DNA of 55,291 nt from Thermoprotei archaeon (lineage in GTDB: Archaea > Thermoproteota > Thermoprotei > Gearchaeales > WAQG01), in assembly GCA_049976445.1 (NCBI GenBank), contig JBMFIF010000004.1, positions 1 through 55,291 on the forward strand. Reading direction: 5' to 3'. Positions 1-9,729 of this stretch are shown here, piece after piece. Both the position numbers and the translations under genes were made by a program. Below the pieces are notes generated by a model. It searched no databases and was not told where the DNA came from. It was given only the letters and a program-made list of their open reading frames with translations. Within the stretch, counting starts at the first letter, position 1. Every line of letters begins with the position of its first letter.

Positions 1-225
1 TACAGCCTCAGCTTATATCGTTAAGGGGATTAGAAGCAATCAAAAATAACGAATAGTTACGTAAAAGTGTTATAGACGAAAGCCTCACCTAAAGGTCGAG
101 GAGAAGATCATATTTTCTTTTATGTTCTATTTGAAGTAATAGAATAAATATTGAGAAGGAAATAATTCTAATGTATGAAACCTCTGAACTAGTTAATTAA
201 ATGTTTAAATATTAGAATTTCTACC

Positions 226-420
226 TGCTTTGTTGCATAATTTGTGCGTGGTTTTATATGCGTTTAATGTGCTTCCTCTGATACTTTGTGATACAACTTG
301 ATGTGAATTGGTTAAAAGTACTCATCGAAATTATGGGAAAGCATCATCAAACTCTTAACACACAAGAATCCTTCACATGAAAGGCACATCAAAAACACAT
401 CAGAATTATGCAGCAAAGCA
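226..420 (+). mobile_element. MITE-A copy 1 (non-autonomous TIR element, about 195 bp)
   Basis: Terminal inverted repeat 'tgctttgttgcataatt' ... 'aattatgcagcaaagca'. Flanked by a perfect 8-bp direct repeat 'tttctacc' (218-225 and 421-428). The interior is homologous to the copies at 35221, 39812 (inverted) and 47190. Confidence 0.85.
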
Positions 421-472
421 TTTCTACCAATAAATATAAATTATTGTAGAATAGATATTTTAGTGAAAGGTT

Positions 473-865
473 ATGAGCATTGAGGGTTTAAAGACTCTTT
501 TTGCGTTGTTGGAGCTTCGGCCTGGTGATGTAGTGAAATGCATAATGGGGTTAGAAAGTAGTGAATTGGAGGCATACTATATATTATTAAGGGATGGCCC
601 TGCTACTGTTAAAATTATGATAGAAAAATTAAAGAAGAGTAGGCCTGCAGTGCAAAAGATTCTTCATAATTTAGTGATTAAAGGACTTGCAGTAAGAAGT
701 GAACGTTTTATCGGTAAGGGAGGATATATGTATGAATATAAGGCTGTTCCACCTGATGTGTTACGTAATATACTTAAGCAGAAATTAGCCCAATGGTATG
801 AAGCAGTTCAAAAACTTTTGGACAGCATGCCTGAAGATATAATTAAAGAAATCGCTAAAAAATAA
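473..865 (+). CDS. TrmB/MarR-like winged-helix transcriptional regulator
   Basis: 130-aa ORF with an HTH-like segment 'SSELEAYYILLRDGPATVKIMIEKLKKSRPAVQKILHNLVIKGLAV' typical of archaeal TrmB-type wHTH domains. Sits upstream of the feo operon. Confidence 0.6.
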   Translation: MSIEGLKTLFALLELRPGDVVKCIMGLESSELEAYYILLRDGPATVKIMIEKLKKSRPAVQKILHNLVIKGLAVRSERFIGKGGYMYEYKAVPPDVLRNILKQKLAQWYEAVQKLLDSMPEDIIKEIAKK

Positions 866-1131
866 TAACTATAAATTAGTATTAGATGCTCTATTTTCGA
901 GAAGGAATATTTTATTTTTGGATTAAGGAATTCATCGTAGGTGTTTTGTCTGGCTTAAAACTTTTAGATGACCAATTTTTGTTAATATTTTAATTAAGTT
1001 TAAATATTTTGATCTTTAATATTTATATAATCATTATATCAAATCCTTTACATAATTTTATTCTTCATTGTAATTACGTTATAACCTAAGTGATAAAGAA
1101 TATAAATATCTTAAAATATATTTTGTTGGAT

Positions 1132-1392
1132 ATGAGGGTGGAGAATGTGTTGCATACTGATGTGCTTATGTTCATTAGAGGGAAGGGATATGTTGACGTG
1201 AAAGAAATCTCTAAAGCATTTAATGAACCACTTGATAAGATTGAACTTGTCTTGCAACAGCTTATTGAATTGGGATATTTAGAGTATGCATCTAATAATT
1301 GTTCATTAAAGTTATGTAATACTTGTCCAATAAATAAATCATGTCCATTCGTTAATTCAAGCATGAGGTTTTATAAAGTGAAGGGCAAATGA
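1132..1392 (+). CDS. FeoC-like wHTH protein with a C-terminal Cys cluster
   Basis: wHTH-like N-terminus (MFIRGKGYVDVKEISKAFNEPLDKIELVLQQLIELGYLEY) followed by C-x4-C-x2-C-x5-C ('CSLKLCNTCPINKSC'). The stop overlaps the feoA start (ATGA at 1389-1392). I prefer the ATG at 1132 over the GTG at 1090 because an A/T-rich TATA-like stretch lies at 1100-1125. Confidence 0.55.
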   Translation: MRVENVLHTDVLMFIRGKGYVDVKEISKAFNEPLDKIELVLQQLIELGYLEYASNNCSLKLCNTCPINKSCPFVNSSMRFYKVKGK

Positions 1393-1610
1393 AGAGTTTA
1401 GCTGAGGTTGAGGAAGGTAAGAAGGTAAAAATTATGGAGATACTTGGTGGTTATGGGTTAGTTAGGAGGTTATTACGTATTGGTCTTACTGTTGGTATTG
1501 AGCTTTTTATCGTTAATAATCAGGGTCCTATAATTGTTAAGTTTGGAGATTCTACTATCGCTATAGGTAGAGGTATGGCTAAAAAAATATTGGTGGAGGA
1601 AGTGTTATGA
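1389..1610 (+). CDS. feoA: Ferrous iron transport protein A (FeoA domain)
   Basis: 73 aa with an SH3-like FeoA pattern (GKKVKIMEILGGYGLVRRLLRIGLTVG...). Translationally coupled to feoB by a 4-nt overlap. Confidence 0.85.
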   Translation: MKSLAEVEEGKKVKIMEILGGYGLVRRLLRIGLTVGIELFIVNNQGPIIVKFGDSTIAIGRGMAKKILVEEVL

Positions 1611-3700
1611 GTTGTCATGGTCATGATAATTTTAATTTTTCAGAGGATCAGGGGGATTATGTTGTAGGTTTAGTTGCGCAGCCAAATGCAGGTAAAACAA
1701 CGTTGTTCAATACATTGACTGGTGCTAGGGGGTATGTTGCTAACTGGCCTGGAAAGACTGTTGAAGTATTTTCAGGAAGTATTGAGCATCATGGAAAGAA
1801 ATTGAATGTAATAGATTTACCGGGTATTCAAAGCCTTCATACGTTAAGTAAGGAGGAAGCGTTAACGAAAGAATTTATATTAGAGAAGAAGTTTGATGCA
1901 ATAATATTGTTAATTAATGCAGAATCTCTTTATAGGTCTTTGTATTTTGTCTTACAGGTTCTTGAATTAACAAATAAAGTAGTTGTTGCTATAAATAAAT
2001 TTGATGTTGCTGAAAAGCGTGGCATCCACATAAACATTGCTAAACTTGAAGCAAAATTGGGCGTGCCTGTAGTTACTATAAGTGCGTTAAAGAAGATTGG
2101 CATTGGGCCACTCATGGATAGAGTAATGGATACTGTTGAGAAAAAAGATAATGATGACTATGCTTTAAAAATAAATTATGGATCGCTTGAAGAATATATA
2201 GAGCATATTCAGAAAATTATTAAAAATAGAGGGTTGGCTGTTCGTGTTCTTGAAGGCGATGATTACTTACTCGAAACATTAAGTAGAGAAGAAAAAGAAG
2301 AAATTGCAAAGATCAGGAGTGAGATTAGGGAAAAATATGGTTTTCAACCTGAAGAGTTAATTGCAATGTCTCGTTATAAAGTGGTTGAAGATCTCATACA
2401 AGATGTTATTGTAAAGGTAAATGTTGCAGAAAAAAGTTTTGAGGAGAAAATTGATAAAGTCATATTAAATAATTGGGCCATCGGTACAATTATATCGTTA
2501 TCTATTATATTAGCAGCACTCTTTATAGCGTTCACAATAAATACTGGTTTTCCTCTGAATTTAATTTTCAAAGGTTTGGGTTTATTAGAATTAGCTGATC
2601 TAATAGAAAATTATAGTCTTGGAGGAATAATTTCTACAGTATTTTCAATAGTTTCTAACATGATCCAAATTTTTATGGAAAACATTAATGTTCCTGCATG
2701 GTTTATCGACCTTACAGTTAATGGCGTAATAGCTGGTGTGAGTGCAGTATTGAGCTTTTTACCGTTAATATTCATGGTGAATATAACCATGTCCCTTATA
2801 GAAGATAGTGGGTTTATGGCTAGAATGGCTGTGATTTTTAATAAAGTTACACGATTGGCTGGACTTACTGGTAAATCATTCTTTCCACTAGGAATCAGTC
2901 TTGCATGTAATGTTCCAGGAATTTTAACAACTAGAATTTTAGAGGATGATAAAGAGCGGTACAGAGTAATTTTAACACTACCATTCACTATATGTCAAGC
3001 TAGATTAATAGTGATGATATTTCTTTTATCTGCATTTTTTGTATCACCACTTATTCAAACAGGAACTGTTTTGCTTCTCTATGGATTATCTATCACAATG
3101 TTCTTACTCTCTTCAAAAATAATCTCTAATGTGGGACCTTTTAAGGGTCAAGAACAGGAACTTATACTAGAATTGCCACCATATCATATTCCTAGTTTGA
3201 GAGTCATTTCATGGACGTCTTGGGAAAGAAGCAAGCATTTTATAACAAAGGCAGGAAAAATAATCTTTCCAGCAAGCATAGTAATTTGGATAATAATGCA
3301 TATAGGACTAAATGGTTATGCAGCAACCCCAAAGGAATCATTCGGATATATGATCGGGAATATGATAACTAAAGTGTTTAACCCAATAGGAATTAATAGC
3401 TGGGAAATAGGCTTAGCATTGTTATCGGGAATAATAGCAAAAGAGATCGTAATAGAAACATTAGCTATTGCTTTTTCTACTGAAAATCCCTTAGAAGCTG
3501 TCAGAGCATTAAACTTAACAATACCTCAAGCACTTTCAATACTCACATTCATAATGCTTTATACACCATGTATCGCAACATTATCAGCGATCTATTCGGA
3601 GACAAAAAGTCTAAAATTTATTTTAATAAATTTAATTACACAACTCTCTATACCACTTATATCTGCATATTTTATTTATGCACTCTTAACTTTTCTCTAA
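1607..3700 (+). CDS. feoB: Ferrous iron transporter FeoB (N-terminal G domain plus polytopic membrane domain)
   Basis: G1 motif 'AQPNAGKTTLFN', 'DLPG', 'NKFD', followed by a long hydrophobic permease region. 697 aa. Confidence 0.95.
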   Translation: MSCHGHDNFNFSEDQGDYVVGLVAQPNAGKTTLFNTLTGARGYVANWPGKTVEVFSGSIEHHGKKLNVIDLPGIQSLHTLSKEEALTKEFILEKKFDAIILLINAESLYRSLYFVLQVLELTNKVVVAINKFDVAEKRGIHINIAKLEAKLGVPVVTISALKKIGIGPLMDRVMDTVEKKDNDDYALKINYGSLEEYIEHIQKIIKNRGLAVRVLEGDDYLLETLSREEKEEIAKIRSEIREKYGFQPEELIAMSRYKVVEDLIQDVIVKVNVAEKSFEEKIDKVILNNWAIGTIISLSIILAALFIAFTINTGFPLNLIFKGLGLLELADLIENYSLGGIISTVFSIVSNMIQIFMENINVPAWFIDLTVNGVIAGVSAVLSFLPLIFMVNITMSLIEDSGFMARMAVIFNKVTRLAGLTGKSFFPLGISLACNVPGILTTRILEDDKERYRVILTLPFTICQARLIVMIFLLSAFFVSPLIQTGTVLLLYGLSITMFLLSSKIISNVGPFKGQEQELILELPPYHIPSLRVISWTSWERSKHFITKAGKIIFPASIVIWIIMHIGLNGYAATPKESFGYMIGNMITKVFNPIGINSWEIGLALLSGIIAKEIVIETLAIAFSTENPLEAVRALNLTIPQALSILTFIMLYTPCIATLSAIYSETKSLKFILINLITQLSIPLISAYFIYALLTFL

Positions 3701-3767
3701 ATAAAAGTTACAATTTTTATGTATTTATGATTGGAAAGAAATTTATTAATCATTAAGAATAAATGAA

Positions 3768-4440
3768 ATGGTGAGAAATATTTTAAAAGAAACTATTTCA
3801 AAAATAACTAATGGTATCTCTATTAACGATTCTTATATCTACGCTAAAAACATTACTAAAGGCAGGTTTTCTGAAGAAATAAACCTTGATCTCTATTTAA
3901 AGAAATATGGGAGCGAGGTATTTCTTTTATCAGTAAAGATCTTTCAAGGACGAAAGCCTTACTATAAACCATGGGTAGAAATTTTCAACATTAATAATGA
4001 ACTGAAGATTAATAGCGAAAAAATTGTTTATTTTAATTCTGATCTTGAAAATGGTGTGCTTTTAACGTTTTCACATATGCTAGAAAATGGTGAGAGTATC
4101 TATGTAGAATACTACAACGACGTAGAAACTAAAAAGCAACTTGATTTAGATTTTCCCCCAGTTGTCTCTCGTCTTGGGCATAAATTATTCACTCTGGGTT
4201 TTTCCATGGTTTAAAAATTGGTATTTTCCAGAAGGATTTATGGAGGGAAATGTGAAACTCCAAGCTGAAAAACCTGTAAACAACAATGTGAAAATTATGC
4301 AATTAACAAAGATATATGATGAGGTTATTATATTCCTTAAAAAGATGGAAAATTTTGAAAGCGAATGGTACATTATTAACGCTGTAGAAAGAGCAAAAAA
4401 TATCGCATATGACCTTTTTAAAACTAAGAATCATACATGA
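3768..4440 (+). pseudogene. Hypothetical protein split over two overlapping frames (3768-4214 and 4162-4440). Frameshifted gene or homopolymer error.
   Basis: The two ORFs overlap by 53 nt in frames offset by +1. A T5 run (4199-4203) lies inside the overlap. Skipping one T joins '...HKLFTLGF' to 'PWFKNWYFPEGFMEG...'. Confidence 0.45.
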
Positions 4441-4694
4441 AGGATCTAGAGTTGGAAAATGTTTGGATTGTATCTAATAACACGAGTAGTTGAGTCATTT
4501 TAGGATAAATTTCATACTGTCTTGAGAAGATGTGTGTGAATTGGTTCATACTAACCTGATTCCACTACCAATAACACGAATTACTCACAAAGAATTTGCA
4601 AAATTTTACTATGGGCTGAAAAATAAGAAGATCATGACATGCTCATGTATTAGAATATATATAGTACTGAATAATAGTTTAAGTTAGGGTATAA

Positions 4695-5372
4695 ATGTAC
4701 GCTGATCTACGTAAAAAAGCTGAAAAAGTGATTAGGGGTCTTTATGAGGAGGGATTTATTAAACGGAAGATTGTTCTCGATGCTATGCTTAAAGTTCCAA
4801 GAGAGGAATTTGTACCCCCTCCATATAGGAATCATGCATATGTTGATACTCCGATTCCCATAGGAGAGGGACAGACAGTATCTGCACTACATATGACTGC
4901 TATGATGTGTGAATATGCTGAGTTAAAACCAGGTATGAGAGTCTTAGAGATAGGTACTGGTTCAGGTTATATGGCTTCTGTTTACTCAAGTATAGTGTGT
5001 TCTCAGGAGGGAGGGATCGTAATAACATTAGAAATTTCACCATCTTTAGCTAAAAGGGCTTGGAAGAATATAGTAAGGTTAGGGTATGGAATGTTTATTG
5101 ATGTAATAGTTGCAGATGGAAGCATAGAGCCTCCTTTAAGAGGGAATTTTGATGCAATCATTGTTACAGCTGCGGCTCCTAATATTCCTGAAGAGCTTGT
5201 TAAAAAGCTAGGAAATGATGGTAGATTAATTATACCTGTTGGAACCCCAGATTTTTATCAAGAGTTAATGTTAGTTCATAAGGATGCTGAGGGAAAAGTT
5301 CATATAAAAAATTTAGGAGCTGTTGCTTTTGTTCCACTTAGAGGATTAAGAGGGATCTCATATGGAGCCTAA
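4695..5372 (+). CDS. pcm: Protein-L-isoaspartate O-methyltransferase
   Basis: SAM motif 'VLEIGTGSGY', the conserved 'GQTVSALHM' and C-terminal 'GRLIIPVG'. 225 aa. Confidence 0.9.
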   Translation: MYADLRKKAEKVIRGLYEEGFIKRKIVLDAMLKVPREEFVPPPYRNHAYVDTPIPIGEGQTVSALHMTAMMCEYAELKPGMRVLEIGTGSGYMASVYSSIVCSQEGGIVITLEISPSLAKRAWKNIVRLGYGMFIDVIVADGSIEPPLRGNFDAIIVTAAAPNIPEELVKKLGNDGRLIIPVGTPDFYQELMLVHKDAEGKVHIKNLGAVAFVPLRGLRGISYGA

Positions 5373-6656
5373 CGTAATTAATAGGTCTCTTATGAGGTTT
5401 GATATTGAAACACCTTTCAAATGACGAAGTATTGTAGAGACTAGCTTAGCTTTAGGGTAAATTCCTACTGTTGTAAGGTCTCTGAGGATCTCTACAATTA
5501 TTTCAGGGTATTCTTTGTATAAGCGTGGGTTCTCCATAATGCGCCAAACTCCGGAGAACATATCAATTTCTTTTAGTGTTTCCTTCATTTTTTCCTGATA
5601 TAAAGAAAGAGCTTCTGAATCAAATTTACCATTCTCCTTAGCTTTAATTGCTGTTTCTCCTGCAGCAATTCCTGATGCAATTGCTAGGTCCATACCTCGT
5701 AAGTTAAATACTGAGTTTATTATTAGGCCAGCAGCATCACCTACCACCATAACACCATTGCCATAAAGTTTAGGCCTGTGAGCTTTCGATAGCTCTGGTA
5801 TCAGTTTTGCTGAATACTCTACAGCTTTACCACCTTTCAGTAATCTTGATATTGGTGGTGTTGAGATAAATTTGTTCAGTATTTCATGAGAATCTATGAT
5901 TTGTCCTTCTGCAATTTTATTTATTGCAGAATTGAGCTTTATTGTTATTAAGACTGAAACTGTATCTTTGTTTGTGTATAATACACCACCACCAGCAATT
6001 CCATCAGTAAAATCTCCAAAATAAAGTTGTGCTGCCCCGTCATCATCCCCTGTTAATCCAAACCTCTCTTCAATAATATTCTTTGGTAATTCAACTACTT
6101 GTTTTATCCCTAAGAGAAAATCGCTTGGATCATATGGTTTTCTTAAACCTGCTTGTTCTGTGAGTATTGATGAGCAGCCCTCAGCTATTACAACGATATC
6201 TGATGGAACTTTATCACCACCTGATATTATACCCTTTACAAACCCATTTTCAATTATAAGATTATCAACTCTTTGATCTGTTATTATTAATGCTCCAGCT
6301 TTTTCTACTTCACTAGCAAACCATGCATCAAATCTGGCTCTCAGAACTGTGTAACTATGTCTTTCATTAACTAAAGATTTATCAGAAAATTCAAAAGTAA
6401 TCGTTGCATCCTTCCATACAAGACCAAATAGTTCTTTGGTAACAGGTCTTTCTACGTTCGCGCCTTCAGGAAAATTTGGAAAGATCTTTTTAATACTGTG
6501 TGTGTATAATCGTCCACCGACTACATTTTTTGATCCAGGTTTATGTCCTCGTTCAACCACCAGCACATTAAGGCCAGCCTTGGCCATAACGTAAGCTGCT
6601 GAGAGACCACCAACACCAGCACCAATAACTATAGCATCAAATTTTTCAAATCCCAT
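5358..6656 (-). CDS. fixC: FixC-like FAD-dependent oxidoreductase (ETF-quinone oxidoreductase family)
   Basis: N-terminal dinucleotide fold 'FDAIVIGAGVGGLSAAYVMAKAGLNVLVVERG'. 432 aa. Immediately downstream of a FixX-like ferredoxin gene. Confidence 0.75.
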   Translation of the reverse strand: MGFEKFDAIVIGAGVGGLSAAYVMAKAGLNVLVVERGHKPGSKNVVGGRLYTHSIKKIFPNFPEGANVERPVTKELFGLVWKDATITFEFSDKSLVNERHSYTVLRARFDAWFASEVEKAGALIITDQRVDNLIIENGFVKGIISGGDKVPSDIVVIAEGCSSILTEQAGLRKPYDPSDFLLGIKQVVELPKNIIEERFGLTGDDDGAAQLYFGDFTDGIAGGGVLYTNKDTVSVLITIKLNSAINKIAEGQIIDSHEILNKFISTPPISRLLKGGKAVEYSAKLIPELSKAHRPKLYGNGVMVVGDAAGLIINSVFNLRGMDLAIASGIAAGETAIKAKENGKFDSEALSLYQEKMKETLKEIDMFSGVWRIMENPRLYKEYPEIIVEILRDLTTVGIYPKAKLVSTILRHLKGVSISNLIRDLLITLGSI

Positions 6657-6661
6657 TTAAA

Positions 6662-6973
6662 TCACCCATATTTATACATAATACCTTTTCCTCCGCGTGG
6701 AGGAACCCATTTAATGTTACCATAAGGGCAGATATAAGGTGCTGCACCGCATTCGATACAATTCTCGTAGTTAAATGTTATTGTTCCATCATCTTTTGGT
6801 TCATAAACTTTAGCTGGACAGAGATGTGTACACCATTTTGCTTTACATTTCTTACAAACTTCTAAATCCTTCACTTCTATATGGGAAGTTACGTCAATCT
6901 CATAAGTGATTAGTCCAAGTTTTTCTTCTACTTTAGCAATGAGGTTTGATAGCTCAGTCAAATTAAACACCAC
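6662..6973 (-). CDS. fixX: FixX-like ferredoxin
   Basis: Cys motifs 'CKKCKAKWCTHLCP' and 'CIECGAAPYICP'. The ORF is open to 7021, but the conserved part starts near the GTG/TTG codons at 6961-6973. Confidence 0.7.
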   Translation of the reverse strand: MVFNLTELSNLIAKVEEKLGLITYEIDVTSHIEVKDLEVCKKCKAKWCTHLCPAKVYEPKDDGTITFNYENCIECGAAPYICPYGNIKWVPPRGGKGIMYKYG

Positions 6974-7071
6974 AAGTAAATAGTGAAATGTAGTATATAT
7001 TTTTGATACAATGACTAACAAACTGAATAGTGATTTATATAGATTTTAAACAAATATATAAACAATTTAAG

Positions 7072-7665
7072 CTAAAATGATGCAAAAAATGGAACAAGCA
7101 ACGCAGCAAGTAGCGTAAGTAATGTTCCGCTTATTATTGATGGTAATGAGTTCTCTATCCCAGAATAACGTATAATAAATGGGAGTGTCGTGTCCATAGA
7201 TGTTGCACCACCACTTGCTATTATAGCAGATGCTCCAAATTTTTTACCTAAAATTGGTGAAAGTATCATAGTAAAAAGCTCTCTAAAAAGGTTAGAAAGA
7301 AAACCTAGTATCCCAGCTTCAATACCAAGAAGTTTAAAGAGAACGGGACCAGTAAATGTATACCAACCAAATCCTGCTACGATAGATAGAGTTACCTTTG
7401 GCTGAATTCCTAAAACATAACTCATGAGAAATCCAAACATTAAAGTTCCTATGATTGATGATATAGGTGCTATTAAAGTTTCTAAGCTTAACTCCCTAAA
7501 TTTTTTTGGTAAACTTTCATCAATACTTATTCCAAGACCAACAACAAATATTAAACCGTAAAGCACTAATGTTTCTAAATCCTCTATTAATAAGGTATTA
7601 TTTAAATGGATAAGTCGTCCAATAAGAAATCCAATCAGTAAAGATATGATAGCTTCTTTAATCAT
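7072..7665 (-). CDS. LysO/DUF340-family membrane protein (large part)
   Basis: Polytopic membrane protein containing 'GFGWYTFTGPVL' and 'GGATSMDTTLPFI'. Overlaps the upstream small membrane ORF by 4 nt. Confidence 0.5.
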   Translation of the reverse strand: MIKEAIISLLIGFLIGRLIHLNNTLLIEDLETLVLYGLIFVVGLGISIDESLPKKFRELSLETLIAPISSIIGTLMFGFLMSYVLGIQPKVTLSIVAGFGWYTFTGPVLFKLLGIEAGILGFLSNLFRELFTMILSPILGKKFGASAIIASGGATSMDTTLPFIIRYSGIENSLPSIISGTLLTLLAALLVPFFASF

Positions 7666-7934
7666 TTTGCGTACCTCGTAATAATATAGGCTACTACAGC
7701 GCTCCCTAAAATTGACGCTAAAGCTAAGGCTAAAGATTTGAGCCCTAAAATCGTAAGACTCTGAACGATTGTTTCACTACTACCTAAACTAACACCTATA
7801 AGAAAAAGTAGTACTATAACAAAAAATACTAAATATTTGTCAACATTTATTTGTAAATGCTTATGCTTCATAGCATGACCAACAGCAAATCCTAAGGACA
7901 ATATTACAATTATGCTTAATGTGAAATAATCCAT
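7662..7934 (-). CDS. Small membrane protein, probable N-terminal half of a split LysO/DUF340 exporter
   Basis: 90 aa with three hydrophobic segments. Translationally coupled to 7072-7665. Confidence 0.45.
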   Translation of the reverse strand: MDYFTLSIIVILSLGFAVGHAMKHKHLQINVDKYLVFFVIVLLFLIGVSLGSSETIVQSLTILGLKSLALALASILGSAVVAYIITRYAK

Positions 7935-8021
7935 TAACTCTCACCTTTAAGTATTAGTTTACCATTCATACTTAAATTTATTGAAATTTTAAGTATTTTC
8001 TTTGAAGGATTTTGCTTTAAT

Positions 8022-9242
8022 TTATGATTGTATTATCGATGCTACTGCGAAAACTTTAGCATCAGCAATTATATTATCGATTTTCGAGTATTCGTTAGGT
8101 TGATGTGCTACCTCATCTAATGTGCTCCATACTGCAGCTGGTACTCCTTGTTTTCTAAAGAATGCAGCCACTGTTCCCCCACCTATACCCATGAGCTTTG
8201 GTTTAAAACCTCTAAGCATTTCTATGGCTGAGTTTAATCTTTTTACAACATCACTATCACTAGGTGTGGGCGGAGCTGGATCGTTTCGTTGGATTATCTC
8301 AATATCAATCTTAACACCATACTTTTGCTCATACTCTGCTCTAAGTTTATTCATTGTCAAGAGTACATCATCGATACTATATTCTGGTAAGATTCTACAA
8401 TCAAAATATATGATGTCTGTTCCTGGTATTGTATTGATATTATCTACATTTTTCTCTTTTTTAGTAGGTTCAAATGTTGATTCAGGTGGATCGAAGAGTT
8501 GATTTTTTATAGTATATTTGTTATGAAGTATCTCATCCAATTCTAGCGCATACTTCATTCCTACCCTGTGCGCATTAAGTCCTTTGTGAGGCATGCTTCC
8601 ATGAGCTTGTTTTCCACGTGTTGTAATTTTGAACCAAAGTATGCCTTTTTCTGCAACTTCTATCATGGAACCATCAGGGCTTCCTGCATCAGGAACGATA
8701 ACTATGCTCTCCTTATTAAATACATTATGCTCAATAAGATATTGCACACCATAGACGCTTCCTGCTTCTTCATCAGATACAAACGCTAAACCTAGATTTA
8801 CTGACGGTTTTATGTTGAGTTCCAAAAGAGTTTTTGTAGCAAGAAGAATTGATGCTATGGCTTGGCCATTATCTTCTGCTCCTCTACAGAAAATTTTTCC
8901 ATCTTTTACAATAGGTTTGAACGGATCAGTATCCCATAATGAACGATCACCTTCAGGTACGGTATCCATGTGTGCTAATAACCAAAGAGTACGTGAAGTA
9001 TCATTACCTTTAATGAGTGCTATTATATTAGGTCGAATACCTTCTGGAACCCTCTCATCTTTAGCATCATAACGTTTTATCTCGTCAAAATTATATTTCT
9101 CAAGAATTTTTTGAATAACTAATGCTCTTTCATATTCTCCGTTTCCTCCCATAGAGGGATTAACAGCTTTCGTACTAAGTATTTGGATAAATTCTTGTAA
9201 TGTGGAATTTAATAGATCATTAATCTTTTTATCAATCTTCAT
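8022..9242 (-). CDS. M20-family metallopeptidase (ArgE/DapE/carboxypeptidase-like)
   Basis: Metal-binding motifs 'LLAHMDTVPEGD' and 'FVSDEEAGS', and 'AHGSMPHKGLNA'. ATG at 9242; the ORF is open to a TTG at 9269. Confidence 0.85.
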   Translation of the reverse strand: MKIDKKINDLLNSTLQEFIQILSTKAVNPSMGGNGEYERALVIQKILEKYNFDEIKRYDAKDERVPEGIRPNIIALIKGNDTSRTLWLLAHMDTVPEGDRSLWDTDPFKPIVKDGKIFCRGAEDNGQAIASILLATKTLLELNIKPSVNLGLAFVSDEEAGSVYGVQYLIEHNVFNKESIVIVPDAGSPDGSMIEVAEKGILWFKITTRGKQAHGSMPHKGLNAHRVGMKYALELDEILHNKYTIKNQLFDPPESTFEPTKKEKNVDNINTIPGTDIIYFDCRILPEYSIDDVLLTMNKLRAEYEQKYGVKIDIEIIQRNDPAPPTPSDSDVVKRLNSAIEMLRGFKPKLMGIGGGTVAAFFRKQGVPAAVWSTLDEVAHQPNEYSKIDNIIADAKVFAVASIIQS

Positions 9243-9339
9243 AATTACATCATTCAAACTACACACCAAAACATGATAATAAAATACCTCTAAATAAAAC
9301 TAACACAAAAGTGGATTCTAAGAGATTTGACAACGAAAC

Positions 9340-9678
9340 TTACAGCATGAAGATGAGCACTATCTGCATCATGAGTACTAAACCTATAATCAATACAATT
9401 GTTTCACTAAAATCTAATAATAATCTATTTTTTATAAACTTACTTAACATAACATTAGTACCTGCAATGGTATGAATAAGAGCGAGTACAGCTATTATAA
9501 CCTGTAATTCTTCTAAATGCAGTATACTGCATACTTTTACATCTTCTAGTAGTCCAAGTGTTAATTGTTTAACGATATTAGTCTTTGTAAGACAATAGCC
9601 AGATAAAAGGATTAAATAAGCTCCTATTAGTAATGGGAATGATGTGAGATCTAAAATTATCACATATACTTTTCTCAT
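9340..9678 (-). CDS. Small hydrophobic membrane protein, unknown function
   Basis: ORF with 3-4 predicted TM segments and no recognisable motif. Divergent from 9730. Confidence 0.35.
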   Translation of the reverse strand: MRKVYVIILDLTSFPLLIGAYLILLSGYCLTKTNIVKQLTLGLLEDVKVCSILHLEELQVIIAVLALIHTIAGTNVMLSKFIKNRLLLDFSETIVLIIGLVLMMQIVLIFML

Positions 9679-9729
9679 GGGATTTCTATCAAGTGCTAAG
9701 TTTATAAACTTGCTCACAGTGTTAAAATT

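Noticed and set aside
4515-4640. Possible degenerate internal fragment of MITE-A ('gatgtgtgtgaattggttcatact...' against 'gatgtgaattggttaaaagtact...')
   Set aside because: There is only a short patch of similarity and no TIRs. It cannot be distinguished from chance in AT-rich sequence without a proper alignment.
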